Below, piece by piece: positions 20,755 through 33,403 of a stretch of 64,000 nt of DNA. A model generated the notes under the pieces. That model saw nothing but the letters and a program-made list of their open reading frames with translations, was not told where the DNA came from and searched no databases. Source of the stretch: Escherichia phage slur07; sequence record NC_028780.1. The stretch is one strand, 5' to 3'. The first letter of the stretch is position 1; each line of letters begins with the position of its first letter. A program made the position numbers and the translations under genes.

Positions 20755-20799
20755 TTATTTAGCTTCATAAAATGTATTATAATTTATATAAGGTACTAA

Positions 20800-21660
20800 A
20801 TGAAACAATACCAAGATTTAATTAAAGACATTTTTGAAAATGGCTATGAAACCGATGACCGAACGGGCACAGGAACAATTGCTTTGTTCGGTACTAAATT
20901 ACGCTGGGATTTAAGTAAAGGTTTTCCTGCAGTAACAACTAAGAAGCTCGCCTGGAATGCATGCATTGCTGAGCTTTTATGGTTTATTTCCGGTTCTACC
21001 AATGTTAATGATTTACGTCTTCGCACTCATGGTAGTCTTATTCAAGGCAAAACTATTTGGGACGATAACTATGAAAACCAGGCTAAAGACCTAGGATATC
21101 ATAGTGGTGAACTTGGTCCTATATACGGTAAACAATGGCGTGATTTCGGTGGTGTGGATCAATTAGTTGAAACTATTGATCGTATTAAAAAATTACCAAC
21201 TGATCGACGTCAAATCGTTTCAGCATGGAATCCAGCTGAAATCAATCAAATGGCATTACCGCCCTGTCATATGTTCTATCAGTTTAATGTGCGTAATGGT
21301 TATCTTGATTTACAATGGTACCAAAGAAGTGTAGATGTTTTCTTGGGATTGCCATTCAACATTGCCTCGTACGCTGCCTTGACGCATATTGTGGCTAAGA
21401 TGTGTAATCTTATCCCAGGAGATTTGATATTTTCTGGTGGTAATACTCACATCTATATGAATCATACTGAGCAATGTAAAGAAATTTTACGTCGTGAGCC
21501 TAAAGAACTATGTGAACTTAAAATTGATTGGCCTATAGAGTTTGGAAATTGTGACACCGAAACACAGCTTTACTGGTTAACTGAATACATGAAACCGAAA
21601 GATTTTATCCTTGAAAATTATGAATCGCATCCAGCAATTAAAGGGAAAATGGCAATATGA
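20800..21660 (+). CDS. td: thymidylate synthase, intron-less
   Basis: 286 aa continuous ORF matching T4 Td exons joined; active-site region PPCHMFYQF present; no group I intron. Confidence 0.93.
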   Translation: MKQYQDLIKDIFENGYETDDRTGTGTIALFGTKLRWDLSKGFPAVTTKKLAWNACIAELLWFISGSTNVNDLRLRTHGSLIQGKTIWDDNYENQAKDLGYHSGELGPIYGKQWRDFGGVDQLVETIDRIKKLPTDRRQIVSAWNPAEINQMALPPCHMFYQFNVRNGYLDLQWYQRSVDVFLGLPFNIASYAALTHIVAKMCNLIPGDLIFSGGNTHIYMNHTEQCKEILRREPKELCELKIDWPIEFGNCDTETQLYWLTEYMKPKDFILENYESHPAIKGKMAI

Positions 21661-21920
21661 TTTTACGATTTAAAGATACTTCTGGCGTTGTTCTTTTTAC
21701 ACTTCCTAACCCAAGCGAGTTAGAAGTTCCAGGACCAGAACAGCCTATTATCATTTATGGTAAAAAATATTATACTCATAAAATGACTCGTGAGTATTTT
21801 GATAATAAAATTTCCACAGTTAAAACTTCTTCTGACTGTTACTACGATATTACTGTTTTAACGGAAAAACAATATGACGAATTATTCCAGCGTGGGCCGT
21901 CTATGCCGAGTAGTGAATAA
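21657..21920 (+). CDS. hypothetical protein
   Basis: 87-aa ORF overlapping td stop. Confidence 0.5.
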   Translation: MILRFKDTSGVVLFTLPNPSELEVPGPEQPIIIYGKKYYTHKMTREYFDNKISTVKTSSDCYYDITVLTEKQYDELFQRGPSMPSSE

Positions 21921-22200
21921 ATATAAATCCGACTTTGATGTTAATATTCACCGTGGTACATTTTGGGGAAATTACGTCGGTAAAGATGCTGGCAGCCGGG
22001 AGGCTGCCATTGAATTATTCAAAAAAGATTTTATACGTCGAATTAAATCCGGAGAAATAACTAAAGCACATTTAGAGCCTTTACGTGGAATGAGGCTAGG
22101 ATGCACATGTAAACCAAAGCCGTGTCATGGTGATATAATAGCTCATATAGTTAACCGAGTGTTTAAAGACGATTTTCAAGTTGAGGACTTATGCAATTAA
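21874..22200 (+). CDS. conserved small Cys/His-motif protein (DUF4326-like, nrdA.1 position)
   Basis: 108 aa with [14 protein letters not shown]...[14 protein letters not shown]; family name recalled from memory. Confidence 0.5.
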   Translation: MTNYSSVGRLCRVVNKYKSDFDVNIHRGTFWGNYVGKDAGSREAAIELFKKDFIRRIKSGEITKAHLEPLRGMRLGCTCKPKPCHGDIIAHIVNRVFKDDFQVEDLCN

Positions 22201-24455
22201 TTAATGTTATCAAAAGTAGTGGTGTTTCTCAGAGCTTTGACCCGCAAAAAATTATTAAAGTTTTATCTTGGGCAGCTGAAGGAACATCTGTAGATCCTTA
22301 TGAATTATATGAAAATATTAAATCATATCTCCGTGATGGAATGACCACTGATGACATTCAAACCATTGTAATTAAGGCTGCTGCGAATTCTATTTCAGTT
22401 GAAGAGCCTGATTACCAATATGTAGCTGCACGCTGTTTAATGTTCGCTCTTCGTAAGCATGTTTACGGGCAGTATGAACCACGTTCATTTATTGACCATA
22501 TTTCTTACTGTGTAAATGAAGGTAAATATGACCCTGAACTGTTGTCAAAATATTCTGCCGAAGAAATTACATTTTTAGAATCAAAAATTAAGCATGAGCG
22601 GGATATGGAATTTACTTATTCCGGGGCGATGCAATTAAAAGAAAAATATCTAGTTAAAGATAAAACCACTGGTCAAATTTATGAAACTCCACAGTTTGCA
22701 TTTATGACTATTGGAATGGCACTGCATCAAGATGAACCTGTTGATAGATTAAAACATGTTATTCGTTTTTATGAAGCAGTATCTACTCGACAGATTTCAT
22801 TGCCAACTCCTATTATGGCTGGTTGTCGTACTCCGACTCGACAGTTTAGTTCATGCGTTGTTATTGAGGCAGGTGATTCATTAAAGTCTATCAATAAGGC
22901 TTCCGCTTCAATTGTTGAATATATCTCTAAACGCGCTGGAATTGGTATTAACGTTGGTATGATTCGTGCCGAAGGTTCTAAGATTGGCATGGGTGAAGTA
23001 CGCCATACTGGTGTTATTCCTTTTTGGAAACATTTTCAGACTGCTGTTAAATCATGTTCACAGGGCGGAATTCGTGGTGGCGCTGCTACTGCTTATTATC
23101 CTATTTGGCATTTGGAAGTTGAAAATCTTCTCGTTTTGAAAAATAACAAAGGTGTAGAAGAAAACCGCATTCGTCATATGGATTATGGTGTTCAACTGAA
23201 TGATCTAATGATGGAACGTTTTGGAAAGAACGACTACATTACTTTGTTCAGTCCGCATGAAATGGGTGGCGAGCTTTATTATTCTTATTTTAAAGACCAA
23301 GACCGTTTCCGTGAATTATACGAAGCAGCAGAAAAAGACCCTAATATTCGTAAAAAGCGTATTAAAGCCCGTGAACTATTTGAATTGCTCATGACTGAAC
23401 GCTCAGGAACAGCAAGGATTTATGTACAGTTCATTGATAATACGAATAACTATACTCCGTTTATTCGTGAAAAGGCACCTATTCGTCAGAGTAACTTGTG
23501 CTGTGAAATTGCTATTCCAACAAATGATGTGAATAGCCCCGATGCTGAAATTGGATTGTGCACGTTATCTGCATTTGTGCTGGATAACTTCGATTGGCAA
23601 GACCAAGATAAAATTAATGAATTGGCAGAAGTCCAAGTTCGTGCTCTTGATAATCTTTTGGATTACCAAGGATATCCAGTTCCTGAAGCAGAAAAAGCTA
23701 AAAAGCGTCGTAACCTCGGTGTAGGTGTTACTAACTATGCAGCTTGGCTGGCAAGTAACTTTGCTTCTTATGAAGATGCTAACGATTTAACACATGAACT
23801 ATTTGAGAGATTACAGTATGGACTCATTAAAGCATCCATTAAGCTCGCCAAAGAAAAAGGACCTTGCGAATATTATTCAGACACTCGTTGGTCTCGAGGC
23901 GAATTACCTATCGACTGGTACAATAAAAAGATTGACCAAATCGCAGCTCCAAAATACGTTTGTGACTGGTCGGCGCTGCGGGAAGACCTTAAGCTCTTTG
24001 GCATCCGTAATAGCACATTATCAGCACTTATGCCATGTGAGTCATCTTCCCAAGTTTCTAACAGTACAAACGGTATCGAGCCTCCACGTGGACCAGTCTC
24101 TGTTAAAGAATCAAAAGAGGGCTCCTTTAATCAAGTCGTGCCCAATATTGAGCATAACATAGACCTCTATGATTATACATGGAAATTAGCTAAGAAAGGT
24201 AATAAACCTTATCTTACGCAGGTAGCTATTATGCTGAAATGGGTATGTCAATCAGCTTCAGCGAATACATATTATGACCCACAGATTTTTCCAAAAGGAA
24301 AGGTTCCAATGTCAATAATGATTGATGACCTTTTGTATTTTTGGTATTTTGGCGGAAAAAATTTCTATTATCATAATACCCGTGATGGTTCTGGTACTGA
24401 TGATTATGAAATAGAAACTCCAAAAGCTGAAGATTGTTCATCCTGTAAATTATGA
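22191..24455 (+). CDS. nrdA: aerobic ribonucleotide reductase large subunit
   Basis: 754 aa matching T4 NrdA. Confidence 0.95.
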   Translation: MQLINVIKSSGVSQSFDPQKIIKVLSWAAEGTSVDPYELYENIKSYLRDGMTTDDIQTIVIKAAANSISVEEPDYQYVAARCLMFALRKHVYGQYEPRSFIDHISYCVNEGKYDPELLSKYSAEEITFLESKIKHERDMEFTYSGAMQLKEKYLVKDKTTGQIYETPQFAFMTIGMALHQDEPVDRLKHVIRFYEAVSTRQISLPTPIMAGCRTPTRQFSSCVVIEAGDSLKSINKASASIVEYISKRAGIGINVGMIRAEGSKIGMGEVRHTGVIPFWKHFQTAVKSCSQGGIRGGAATAYYPIWHLEVENLLVLKNNKGVEENRIRHMDYGVQLNDLMMERFGKNDYITLFSPHEMGGELYYSYFKDQDRFRELYEAAEKDPNIRKKRIKARELFELLMTERSGTARIYVQFIDNTNNYTPFIREKAPIRQSNLCCEIAIPTNDVNSPDAEIGLCTLSAFVLDNFDWQDQDKINELAEVQVRALDNLLDYQGYPVPEAEKAKKRRNLGVGVTNYAAWLASNFASYEDANDLTHELFERLQYGLIKASIKLAKEKGPCEYYSDTRWSRGELPIDWYNKKIDQIAAPKYVCDWSALREDLKLFGIRNSTLSALMPCESSSQVSNSTNGIEPPRGPVSVKESKEGSFNQVVPNIEHNIDLYDYTWKLAKKGNKPYLTQVAIMLKWVCQSASANTYYDPQIFPKGKVPMSIMIDDLLYFWYFGGKNFYYHNTRDGSGTDDYEIETPKAEDCSSCKL

Positions 24456-24506
24456 TATAATTTGACTCATGGACGAGTCACTATCTATTAACTAAGTGGA
24501 AAATTT

Positions 24507-25685
24507 ATGAGCACAGTTTTTAATACAAATCCAGTTGATGTTTTAAAAGAACCTATGTTTTTTGGTTCAGGTCTTGGTATTGCGCGTTATGATATTCAAC
24601 GCCATAAAGTTTTTGAAGATTTAACCGAAAAGCAATTATCATTTTTCTGGCGTCCTGAAGAAGTAAACTTGATGATGGATGCTGCACAGTTTAATAAGCT
24701 TCCTCAGTATCAGCAAAATATTTTTACTAATAATCTGAAGTATCAATCACTTTTGGATAGCATTCAGGGTCGTGCGCCGTCTGCTGTACTTATGTCATTA
24801 ATTTCAGACCCAAGCCTTGATACATGGGTTGCTACGTGGACTTTTAGTGAAACTATTCACTCTCGTTCATATACACATATCATGCGAAATCTTTATACTG
24901 ATCCATCGAAGGTATTTGATGAGATTGTATTAGATGAAGCTATTATGAAACGTGCTGAATCCATTGGACGTTATTATGATGATGTTCTGACTAAAACTCG
25001 TTATTGGGAAAACGCTAAAGCTGATATCGAATACCAAAAAGAAATTAATGCAGACGAAGATGTTATTGAAGATGCTATTGAGCATGAGACATATTGGAAG
25101 CGTGAGCTAATGAAATCTCTTTACCTCTGTTTGCATGTAATCAACGCATTGGAAGCTATTCGTTTTTATGTATCTTTCGCATGTACCTTTAACTTCCATA
25201 AGAACATGGAAATCATGGAAGGTAATGCCAAGATTATGAAGTTCATTGCACGTGATGAGCAGCTTCACCTTAAAGGCACTCAATATATTATTCGTCAACT
25301 TCAACTTGGCACTGATGGCGATGAATGGGTTAAAATTGCTCAAGAGTGTGAACAAGAAGCAGTTGATATTTTCATGGAAGTTAACCGCCAAGAAAAAGAT
25401 TGGGCAGTTCATTTATTTAAAGATGGCGATGTTCCTGGATTAAATACAAATAGCATGTGGAGCTTTATTGATTACTTAACTGTATCTCGTATGAAACAGT
25501 GTGGTCTTCCATGCCCGATTACCGATGCTCCGGTTAAACATCCATATCCTTGGATTCGTGAATATCTTAATTCTGATAATGTTCAATCCGCGCCACAAGA
25601 AGTAGAACTGTCATCTTACCTTGTTGCACAGATTGATAATGATGTTGATGATAAAGTTATGATGAGTTTTAAAAAATACTTTTAA
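24507..25685 (+). CDS. nrdB: aerobic ribonucleotide reductase small subunit, intron-less
   Basis: 392 aa continuous ORF matching T4 NrdB; no intron or intron endonuclease. Confidence 0.93.
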   Translation: MSTVFNTNPVDVLKEPMFFGSGLGIARYDIQRHKVFEDLTEKQLSFFWRPEEVNLMMDAAQFNKLPQYQQNIFTNNLKYQSLLDSIQGRAPSAVLMSLISDPSLDTWVATWTFSETIHSRSYTHIMRNLYTDPSKVFDEIVLDEAIMKRAESIGRYYDDVLTKTRYWENAKADIEYQKEINADEDVIEDAIEHETYWKRELMKSLYLCLHVINALEAIRFYVSFACTFNFHKNMEIMEGNAKIMKFIARDEQLHLKGTQYIIRQLQLGTDGDEWVKIAQECEQEAVDIFMEVNRQEKDWAVHLFKDGDVPGLNTNSMWSFIDYLTVSRMKQCGLPCPITDAPVKHPYPWIREYLNSDNVQSAPQEVELSSYLVAQIDNDVDDKVMMSFKKYF

Positions 25686-25712
25686 GGAGTGGGCCGCAAG
25701 GCCCATTTTATT

Positions 25713-27300
<1,588 letters not shown>

Positions 27301-27303
27301 GTT

Positions 27304-27333
27304 GTTTACAAGTCCCTCGTGTTGTGTTATAGT
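27304..27333 (+). promoter_or_regulatory. early promoter (repeat family 2, copy A)
   Basis: -35 GTTTACA 27304-27310, 17-bp spacer, TGtTATAGT extended -10; 54 bp with one mismatch to 43120-43173. Confidence 0.5.
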
Positions 27334-27364
27334 AGTCTTACTAACATAACATGAGGACTTTATG

Positions 27365-27868
27365 ATGGATTTGCAGCTTATTACTACTGAAATGGTCGTT
27401 GAAGCATACGGTGATACTACAGATGGGATTTCTGTATTTAAAGGAAATCGGCGAGTTGGATATATCACCGATCTTAAGAAAGATTTAGCTAAGCAAGTCA
27501 AGCGGAAAACGACCATTAAAGAATATCGAAATCGTCGTCTTGAGCAAGCCCGTGATATGCTTCCTGATGCAGTTGAGGAGATGAAAGTCTTTTTAGAAAA
27601 TCAACTCGCTAAGTATGATTGTGAAGTGTTCATTAATCAGACTCAACCTAATGTTCATATCAATAGCTGTAAATGCTATATTATCGTTAATCCTTTAACG
27701 GGAAAACATCGTCTTGGAATTAGTAATCCAAATCGTAGCGCATCGGATATGGCAGAAGATGTTGCGGCATGCTTTAAAATTTCTAAATCTCCAGCTGAAC
27801 ATCATATTTTAATTAACGGTCTTTCTCAAGACGATATTATAGAGGTTATTAAAACTTTATGCAATTAA
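27365..27868 (+). CDS. alc: Alc-like protein (terminates transcription on cytosine DNA)
   Basis: 167 aa at the T4 alc position between gene 63 and pseT.3; call rests on position and length. Confidence 0.6.
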   Translation: MDLQLITTEMVVEAYGDTTDGISVFKGNRRVGYITDLKKDLAKQVKRKTTIKEYRNRRLEQARDMLPDAVEEMKVFLENQLAKYDCEVFINQTQPNVHINSCKCYIIVNPLTGKHRLGISNPNRSASDMAEDVAACFKISKSPAEHHILINGLSQDDIIEVIKTLCN

Positions 27869-28212
27869 GTAATACAACAGCTGGATTGCTATTACTTGTA
27901 ATAGCATTTGGCGGAACATCTATTATTTTAAAAAATAAGGTAGAAAGATTAGAAACATCAGTTACTGAAATTACAAAAACAGCCAATGAAAACGCCTTAG
28001 CATTAAATAATTTGCGAATTCAGTATAATTATATTGATGCGATGAATACTAAAAATCGTGAGGCAATTGCTGCTATTGAGCGTGAAAATGAAAAGCTGCG
28101 CAAAGACGCAAAGAAGGCGGATGTGGTGGCTCATAAGCCAGGATTGGTTGAAAAACAAATCAACAACTCCTTCAACAAGTTCGCAGAAGACATCCAGGAC
28201 CTTTCTAAATGA
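27859..28212 (+). CDS. pseT.3: i-spanin (inner-membrane spanin, PseT.3-like)
   Basis: 117 aa; N-terminal TMD LLLLVIAFGGTSIIL followed by a predicted coiled-coil periplasmic domain. Confidence 0.7.
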   Translation: MQLSNTTAGLLLLVIAFGGTSIILKNKVERLETSVTEITKTANENALALNNLRIQYNYIDAMNTKNREAIAAIERENEKLRKDAKKADVVAHKPGLVEKQINNSFNKFAEDIQDLSK

Positions 28213-28508
28213 TTAAACTATCAGCAGTAATATTATCTATTGGTCTTCTAGTTGGTTGTTCGACAAAGCCTCTAGAAGTAAAGAAAGAAACAGTTCATCC
28301 TAATTGGCCTGTGCAAATAAAGTCATATGACGAAGCTAAACTATCTTGGCAAGTTAAAGTTATCGATGGTAAAGCTTGGGTCGGTATGCCATTTGAAGAT
28401 TCTCAGGAATTTCGTATTTGGCTTAATGATGTAAAACGATATGTACATGACCAGAAAACTATGATATGTTATTATCGTCAAGAGTTAAAAGAGGATAAAT
28501 GTAAATGA
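28209..28508 (+). CDS. pseT.2: o-spanin (outer-membrane lipoprotein spanin, PseT.2-like)
   Basis: 99 aa; lipoprotein signal with lipobox LVGC (MIKLSAVILSIGLLVGCSTKP); C-terminal Cys; start overlaps i-spanin stop. Confidence 0.7.
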   Translation: MIKLSAVILSIGLLVGCSTKPLEVKKETVHPNWPVQIKSYDEAKLSWQVKVIDGKAWVGMPFEDSQEFRIWLNDVKRYVHDQKTMICYYRQELKEDKCK

Positions 28509-28731
28509 TTTCATGGCATCAATTTGAACATCTCAAAGGATTGATTTATGAATCAGAGATGGCAGCAATGATTTATGGACGTCAGATTCAACGATTAGAA
28601 TCTTTACCTCCAACTAATGATGTTTTATTAGCTCAATCACGTGCTAATCTTAAAAATGAATACCAAAATAAGTGGGGTAAAGCATCTAAAGACCTGCATG
28701 ATTATATTCAATCATTGGTTGAGAAAAATAA

Positions 28732-28735
<4 letters not shown>
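28505..28735 (+). CDS. hypothetical protein
   Basis: 76-aa ORF translationally coupled to neighbours. Confidence 0.5.
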
Positions 28736-29938
<1,203 letters not shown>

Positions 29939-29939
<1 letters not shown>

Positions 29940-30136
29940 TGGCGTGGCATCATGAAACTTGGTCTATTGTTATTGTAAATAGTGGTTTAGTTGGTACTAG
30001 TAATGGGCAATTTTGTGTATTCACTAGTGAAATAAGAGCTTGGGAGGAATGCCTTAAATTAAGAGAAAAGAATCCTGATATTGAACTAACAGTAAAGAAA
30101 ACTAAACTACCTTTACCATGGAAAACTTATGAATAA
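29939..30136 (+). CDS. hypothetical protein
   Basis: 65-aa ORF from ATG sharing one nt with pseT stop; ORF-track start further upstream lies inside pseT. Confidence 0.4.
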
Positions 30137-30329
30137 TATAGAAAAGATTTATCGTCTTTGTGATAAAATTGAAAAAGAAAAGAAATATCTATTTTGTTTA
30201 TGGCCTATTGTTGATGGAAGAGTAGGCTTAGATGTTCTTGATTATGAAACAGAAGACAAAGTAGATGGTTCAACTTTTGATAATGCGTTGGATGTTATTG
30301 ATTGGCTTGAAGAAAATTATGTGAGGTAA
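30129..30329 (+). CDS. hypothetical protein
   Basis: 66-aa ORF. Confidence 0.45.
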   Translation: MNNIEKIYRLCDKIEKEKKYLFCLWPIVDGRVGLDVLDYETEDKVDGSTFDNALDVIDWLEENYVR

Positions 30330-30331
30330 AT

Positions 30332-30607
30332 ATGTTTCCGACTTATTCTAAAATCGTAGAAGTAGTGTTTAGTCAAATTATCGCTAATAATATGTTTGAA
30401 AAGCTTGATAACGCAGCCGAACTTCGAATCCATGCTCAAGTGACTCATGTATTAAACACTTTGCTTCCAGACCAGGTGGATTCTGTTGCCATTACGCTGT
30501 ATCCAGGTTCCGCGCATATCATTGTCGTATTCGGTCTTGATGCTGAGTTAGTTATCAAAGGCGACATTCGCTTTGAATCTCAAACTGCGGAATTCAAAGC
30601 GATTTAA
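30332..30607 (+). CDS. hypothetical protein
   Basis: 91-aa ORF. Confidence 0.5.
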   Translation: MFPTYSKIVEVVFSQIIANNMFEKLDNAAELRIHAQVTHVLNTLLPDQVDSVAITLYPGSAHIIVVFGLDAELVIKGDIRFESQTAEFKAI

Positions 30608-30669
30608 TAGTTTACTTTACAGTAGAGTTGTGATATTATGGCTCTACCAAACAAATGAGGAAATTGAAA

Positions 30670-31197
30670 ATGAGCGAATGGTTTGAAGAAGATAAGGTTT
30701 ATCGCTTTAAAGCTGGATATAAAGATATTTTTAATGAAACTTGCGGGGCTAATAAACGAATTGCTCAGTTTATTGGGGAAAATTCATTTAAAGTAAAAAT
30801 TGATCCCGCGAAAAATGTTATTAGCATTAAACGTGAAATTGACGATTACTGGTATAAAGCTGTTGATGTAATGGGTGAATGCTATAAAGATAGCCCATTA
30901 TTTTCAATTACTTATATGTCAGAATATTATTTTTTCGAAGAAGTTCAAAAAGATGATTCTGTCAGTAAATTTGAAATTAAAACTGATAAAGAAATTAAAT
31001 GGAAAGTAGTAGGTATTACTGGTTGTATGTTTTATATCTATGCTCAAACTGATACGAAGGAAGAAGCTAAAAAGAAAGCTCTAGAATATCTTGAAGAGTA
31101 TGAAGAAGGCCCGGTAATGATTACTCAAGATGCTGAATTAGTTTCTGTCAAATTAGTTAAAAACGTTGAAAGTAAGGAGCTGGGATCAACATGCTAA
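30670..31197 (+). CDS. hypothetical protein
   Basis: ORF with GAGGA about 10 nt before ATG 30670 (MSEWFEEDKVYRF...). Confidence 0.55.
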   Translation: MSEWFEEDKVYRFKAGYKDIFNETCGANKRIAQFIGENSFKVKIDPAKNVISIKREIDDYWYKAVDVMGECYKDSPLFSITYMSEYYFFEEVQKDDSVSKFEIKTDKEIKWKVVGITGCMFYIYAQTDTKEEAKKKALEYLEEYEEGPVMITQDAELVSVKLVKNVESKELGSTC

Positions 31198-31427
31198 GTG
31201 AAAAACCGATTACTGTTAAAGAATTCCAAGAAAAAGTTAAACTATTTGCTCAGGAATTGGTAAATAAGGTTTCTGAACGATTTCCAGAAACATCGGTTCG
31301 CGTTATTACCGAAACTCCTCGTTCAGTATTAGTAATTGTGAATCCAGGTGATGGTGACCAAATAACACATCTCAAATTGGATTTTGATGGATTAGTTGAA
31401 GCACAAAGGGTGTATGGCGTACTATGA
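31191..31427 (+). CDS. hypothetical protein
   Basis: 78-aa ORF. Confidence 0.5.
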   Translation: MLSEKPITVKEFQEKVKLFAQELVNKVSERFPETSVRVITETPRSVLVIVNPGDGDQITHLKLDFDGLVEAQRVYGVL

Positions 31428-31762
31428 TGAATTTAACTGATATAATTGATAATTGTCTTGAAAATGATACTGGCGATCATAGAGCGCTTGACTCTGAAAC
31501 AGCACAGTTCATTAGAATAACTTTAATGAATGACACTCTAGTGAATAGTATTCATCCTTCTGTATATGATGCTATTATTGTGACGAAGTATCCAGTTGAG
31601 CTTCACAAAAAGATGGTTGGTGCAATTTTTATTGATAAGAAAAACCGCTTTAAAGACGGACAGAATATAATTAGTTCTGTTATTAAAAGTATAACTAAAC
31701 TTCGTCATGAAATTTATCGTGTTGAAACTGCTAAATCTGCTTATCTGGTGATTATGAAATGA
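31424..31762 (+). CDS. hypothetical protein
   Basis: 112-aa ORF ending at cd start. Confidence 0.5.
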   Translation: MMNLTDIIDNCLENDTGDHRALDSETAQFIRITLMNDTLVNSIHPSVYDAIIVTKYPVELHKKMVGAIFIDKKNRFKDGQNIISSVIKSITKLRHEIYRVETAKSAYLVIMK

Positions 31763-32340
31763 AAGCGAGTACAGTACTTCAAATTGCATATTTAGTATCA
31801 CAAGAATCAAAATGTTGCTCCTGGAAGGTAGGAGCAGTAATTGAAAAGAATGGACGTATTATTTCTACTGGGTATAATGGTTCACCCGCAGGAGGTGTGA
31901 ACTGTTGTGATTATGCTGCTGAGCAAGGTTGGTTGCTAAATAAACCTAAACATACTATCATCCAAGGTCATAAGCCCGAATGTGTATCATTTGGTTCAAC
32001 TGATCGTTTTGTTTTGGCGAAAGAACACCGTAGCGCTCACTCTGAATGGTCGTCTAAAAATGAAATTCATGCTGAACTAAATGCAATTTTGTTTGCTGCA
32101 CGAAATGGTTCTTCTATTGAAGGTGCTACTATGTATGTAACACTTTCTCCTTGCCCAGATTGTGCAAAAGCGATAGCTCAATCTGGTATTAAAAAGCTAG
32201 TTTATTGCGAAACATACGATAAAAATAAACCTGGCTGGGATGATATTCTGCGAAATGCAGGTATTGAAGTGTTTAATGTTCCTAAGAAAAACTTGAATAA
32301 GTTAAACTGGGAAAATATCAACGAATTCTGTGGTGAATAA
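31759..32340 (+). CDS. cd: dCMP deaminase
   Basis: 193 aa; zinc-deaminase motifs HAE and PCxxC; matches T4 Cd. Confidence 0.92.
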   Translation: MKASTVLQIAYLVSQESKCCSWKVGAVIEKNGRIISTGYNGSPAGGVNCCDYAAEQGWLLNKPKHTIIQGHKPECVSFGSTDRFVLAKEHRSAHSEWSSKNEIHAELNAILFAARNGSSIEGATMYVTLSPCPDCAKAIAQSGIKKLVYCETYDKNKPGWDDILRNAGIEVFNVPKKNLNKLNWENINEFCGE

Positions 32341-32576
32341 TGAAATTTCGTTTGGTAAAGCTCACAGCAATTAGTTCTTATTCTAACGAGAACATCTCAT
32401 TTGCTGTAGAGTATAAGAACTATTTTTTCTCTAAATGGAAACAGTATTATAAAACTGATTGGACTAGTATTGATAGACCATATAGTTGGAAATCTGATTT
32501 AGAAAAATGCCAAAAATTACTTTCCACCCTTAAAGAACGTGGAACAACTCATATTAAAACTGTGATAGGTAAATAA
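32340..32576 (+). CDS. hypothetical protein
   Basis: 78-aa ORF. Confidence 0.5.
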   Translation: MKFRLVKLTAISSYSNENISFAVEYKNYFFSKWKQYYKTDWTSIDRPYSWKSDLEKCQKLLSTLKERGTTHIKTVIGK

Positions 32577-32885
32577 ATGAAACTGACAACTGAGCAGAAA
32601 GTAGCAATTCGTGAAATTTTGAAAACTAAACTGTCCATGGGTGTTTCAAACGTAGTTTTTGAAAAGTCTGATGGTACTATTCGTACTATGAAAGGTACTC
32701 GTGATGCAGACTTTATGCCAACCATGCAAACTGGTAAATTGACTGAATCTACTCGGAAAGAATCTACTGACATGATTCCAGTATTTGATGTTGAACTTGG
32801 TGCATGGCGAGGTTTTTCTATTGACAAATTGATTTCCGTTAATGGTATGAAAGTTGAGCATTTACTCCAATTTATTGGTAAATAA
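32577..32885 (+). CDS. hypothetical protein
   Basis: 102-aa ORF. Confidence 0.5.
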   Translation: MKLTTEQKVAIREILKTKLSMGVSNVVFEKSDGTIRTMKGTRDADFMPTMQTGKLTESTRKESTDMIPVFDVELGAWRGFSIDKLISVNGMKVEHLLQFIGK

Positions 32886-32941
32886 ATGCTTTAAGAATTA
32901 TTTGTTATTATTAATTCATCTGTTAACAAAAAGGAAAAACG

Positions 32942-33277
32942 ATGTCTGAAGTACAACAGCTACCAATTCGTGCTGTCGGTGAATATGTTATTTTAGTTTC
33001 TGAACCTGCACAGGCTGGTGATGAAGAAGTTACAGAATCAGGACTTATTATCGGTAAACGTGTTCAAGGTGAAGTTCCTGAACTGTGTGTAGTTCACTCT
33101 GTTGGTCCTGATGTTCCTGAAGGTTTCTGCGAAGTTGGTGATTTGACTTCTCTTCCAGTTGGTCAAATTCGAAATGTTCCGCATCCTTTTGTAGCTCTGG
33201 GTCTTAAGCAGCCGAAAGAAATTAAACAAAAATTCGTTACTTGTCACTATAAAGCTATTCCGTGTCTTTATAAGTGA
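32942..33277 (+). CDS. 31: gp31 co-chaperonin (GroES analogue)
   Basis: 111 aa matching T4 gp31 ([40 protein letters not shown]...). Confidence 0.92.
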
Positions 33278-33403
33278 TATAAATAATAATATGAATTGAG
33301 TTTCAATTCTATGTGGTAGTCTACAACTGAGAGATCTGTCGAAAGAAGATGAAATTCAGAAGAACGTGACTACCGAGTTTTAATCTCTAACGAGAATTTT
33401 TAA

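Noticed and set aside
20758-20783. Possible MotA-dependent promoter just upstream of td
   Set aside because: The box is AGCTT rather than TGCTT and the spacing to the TATAAT is short (about 10 bp); too weak to call as a feature.
20800-25685. Looked for group I introns and intron homing endonucleases in td and nrdB, and for mobE between nrdA and nrdB
   Set aside because: Both genes are continuous single ORFs and the nrdA-nrdB spacer is only about 50 bp, so these elements are absent.
27311-27357. Inverted repeat CCTCGTGTTGTGTT / AACATAACATGAGG as an RNA terminator hairpin
   Set aside because: Pairing needs G-U wobbles, the left arm lies upstream of the predicted transcription start of the embedded promoter, and no U-run follows; kept only as part of the repeated promoter cassette.
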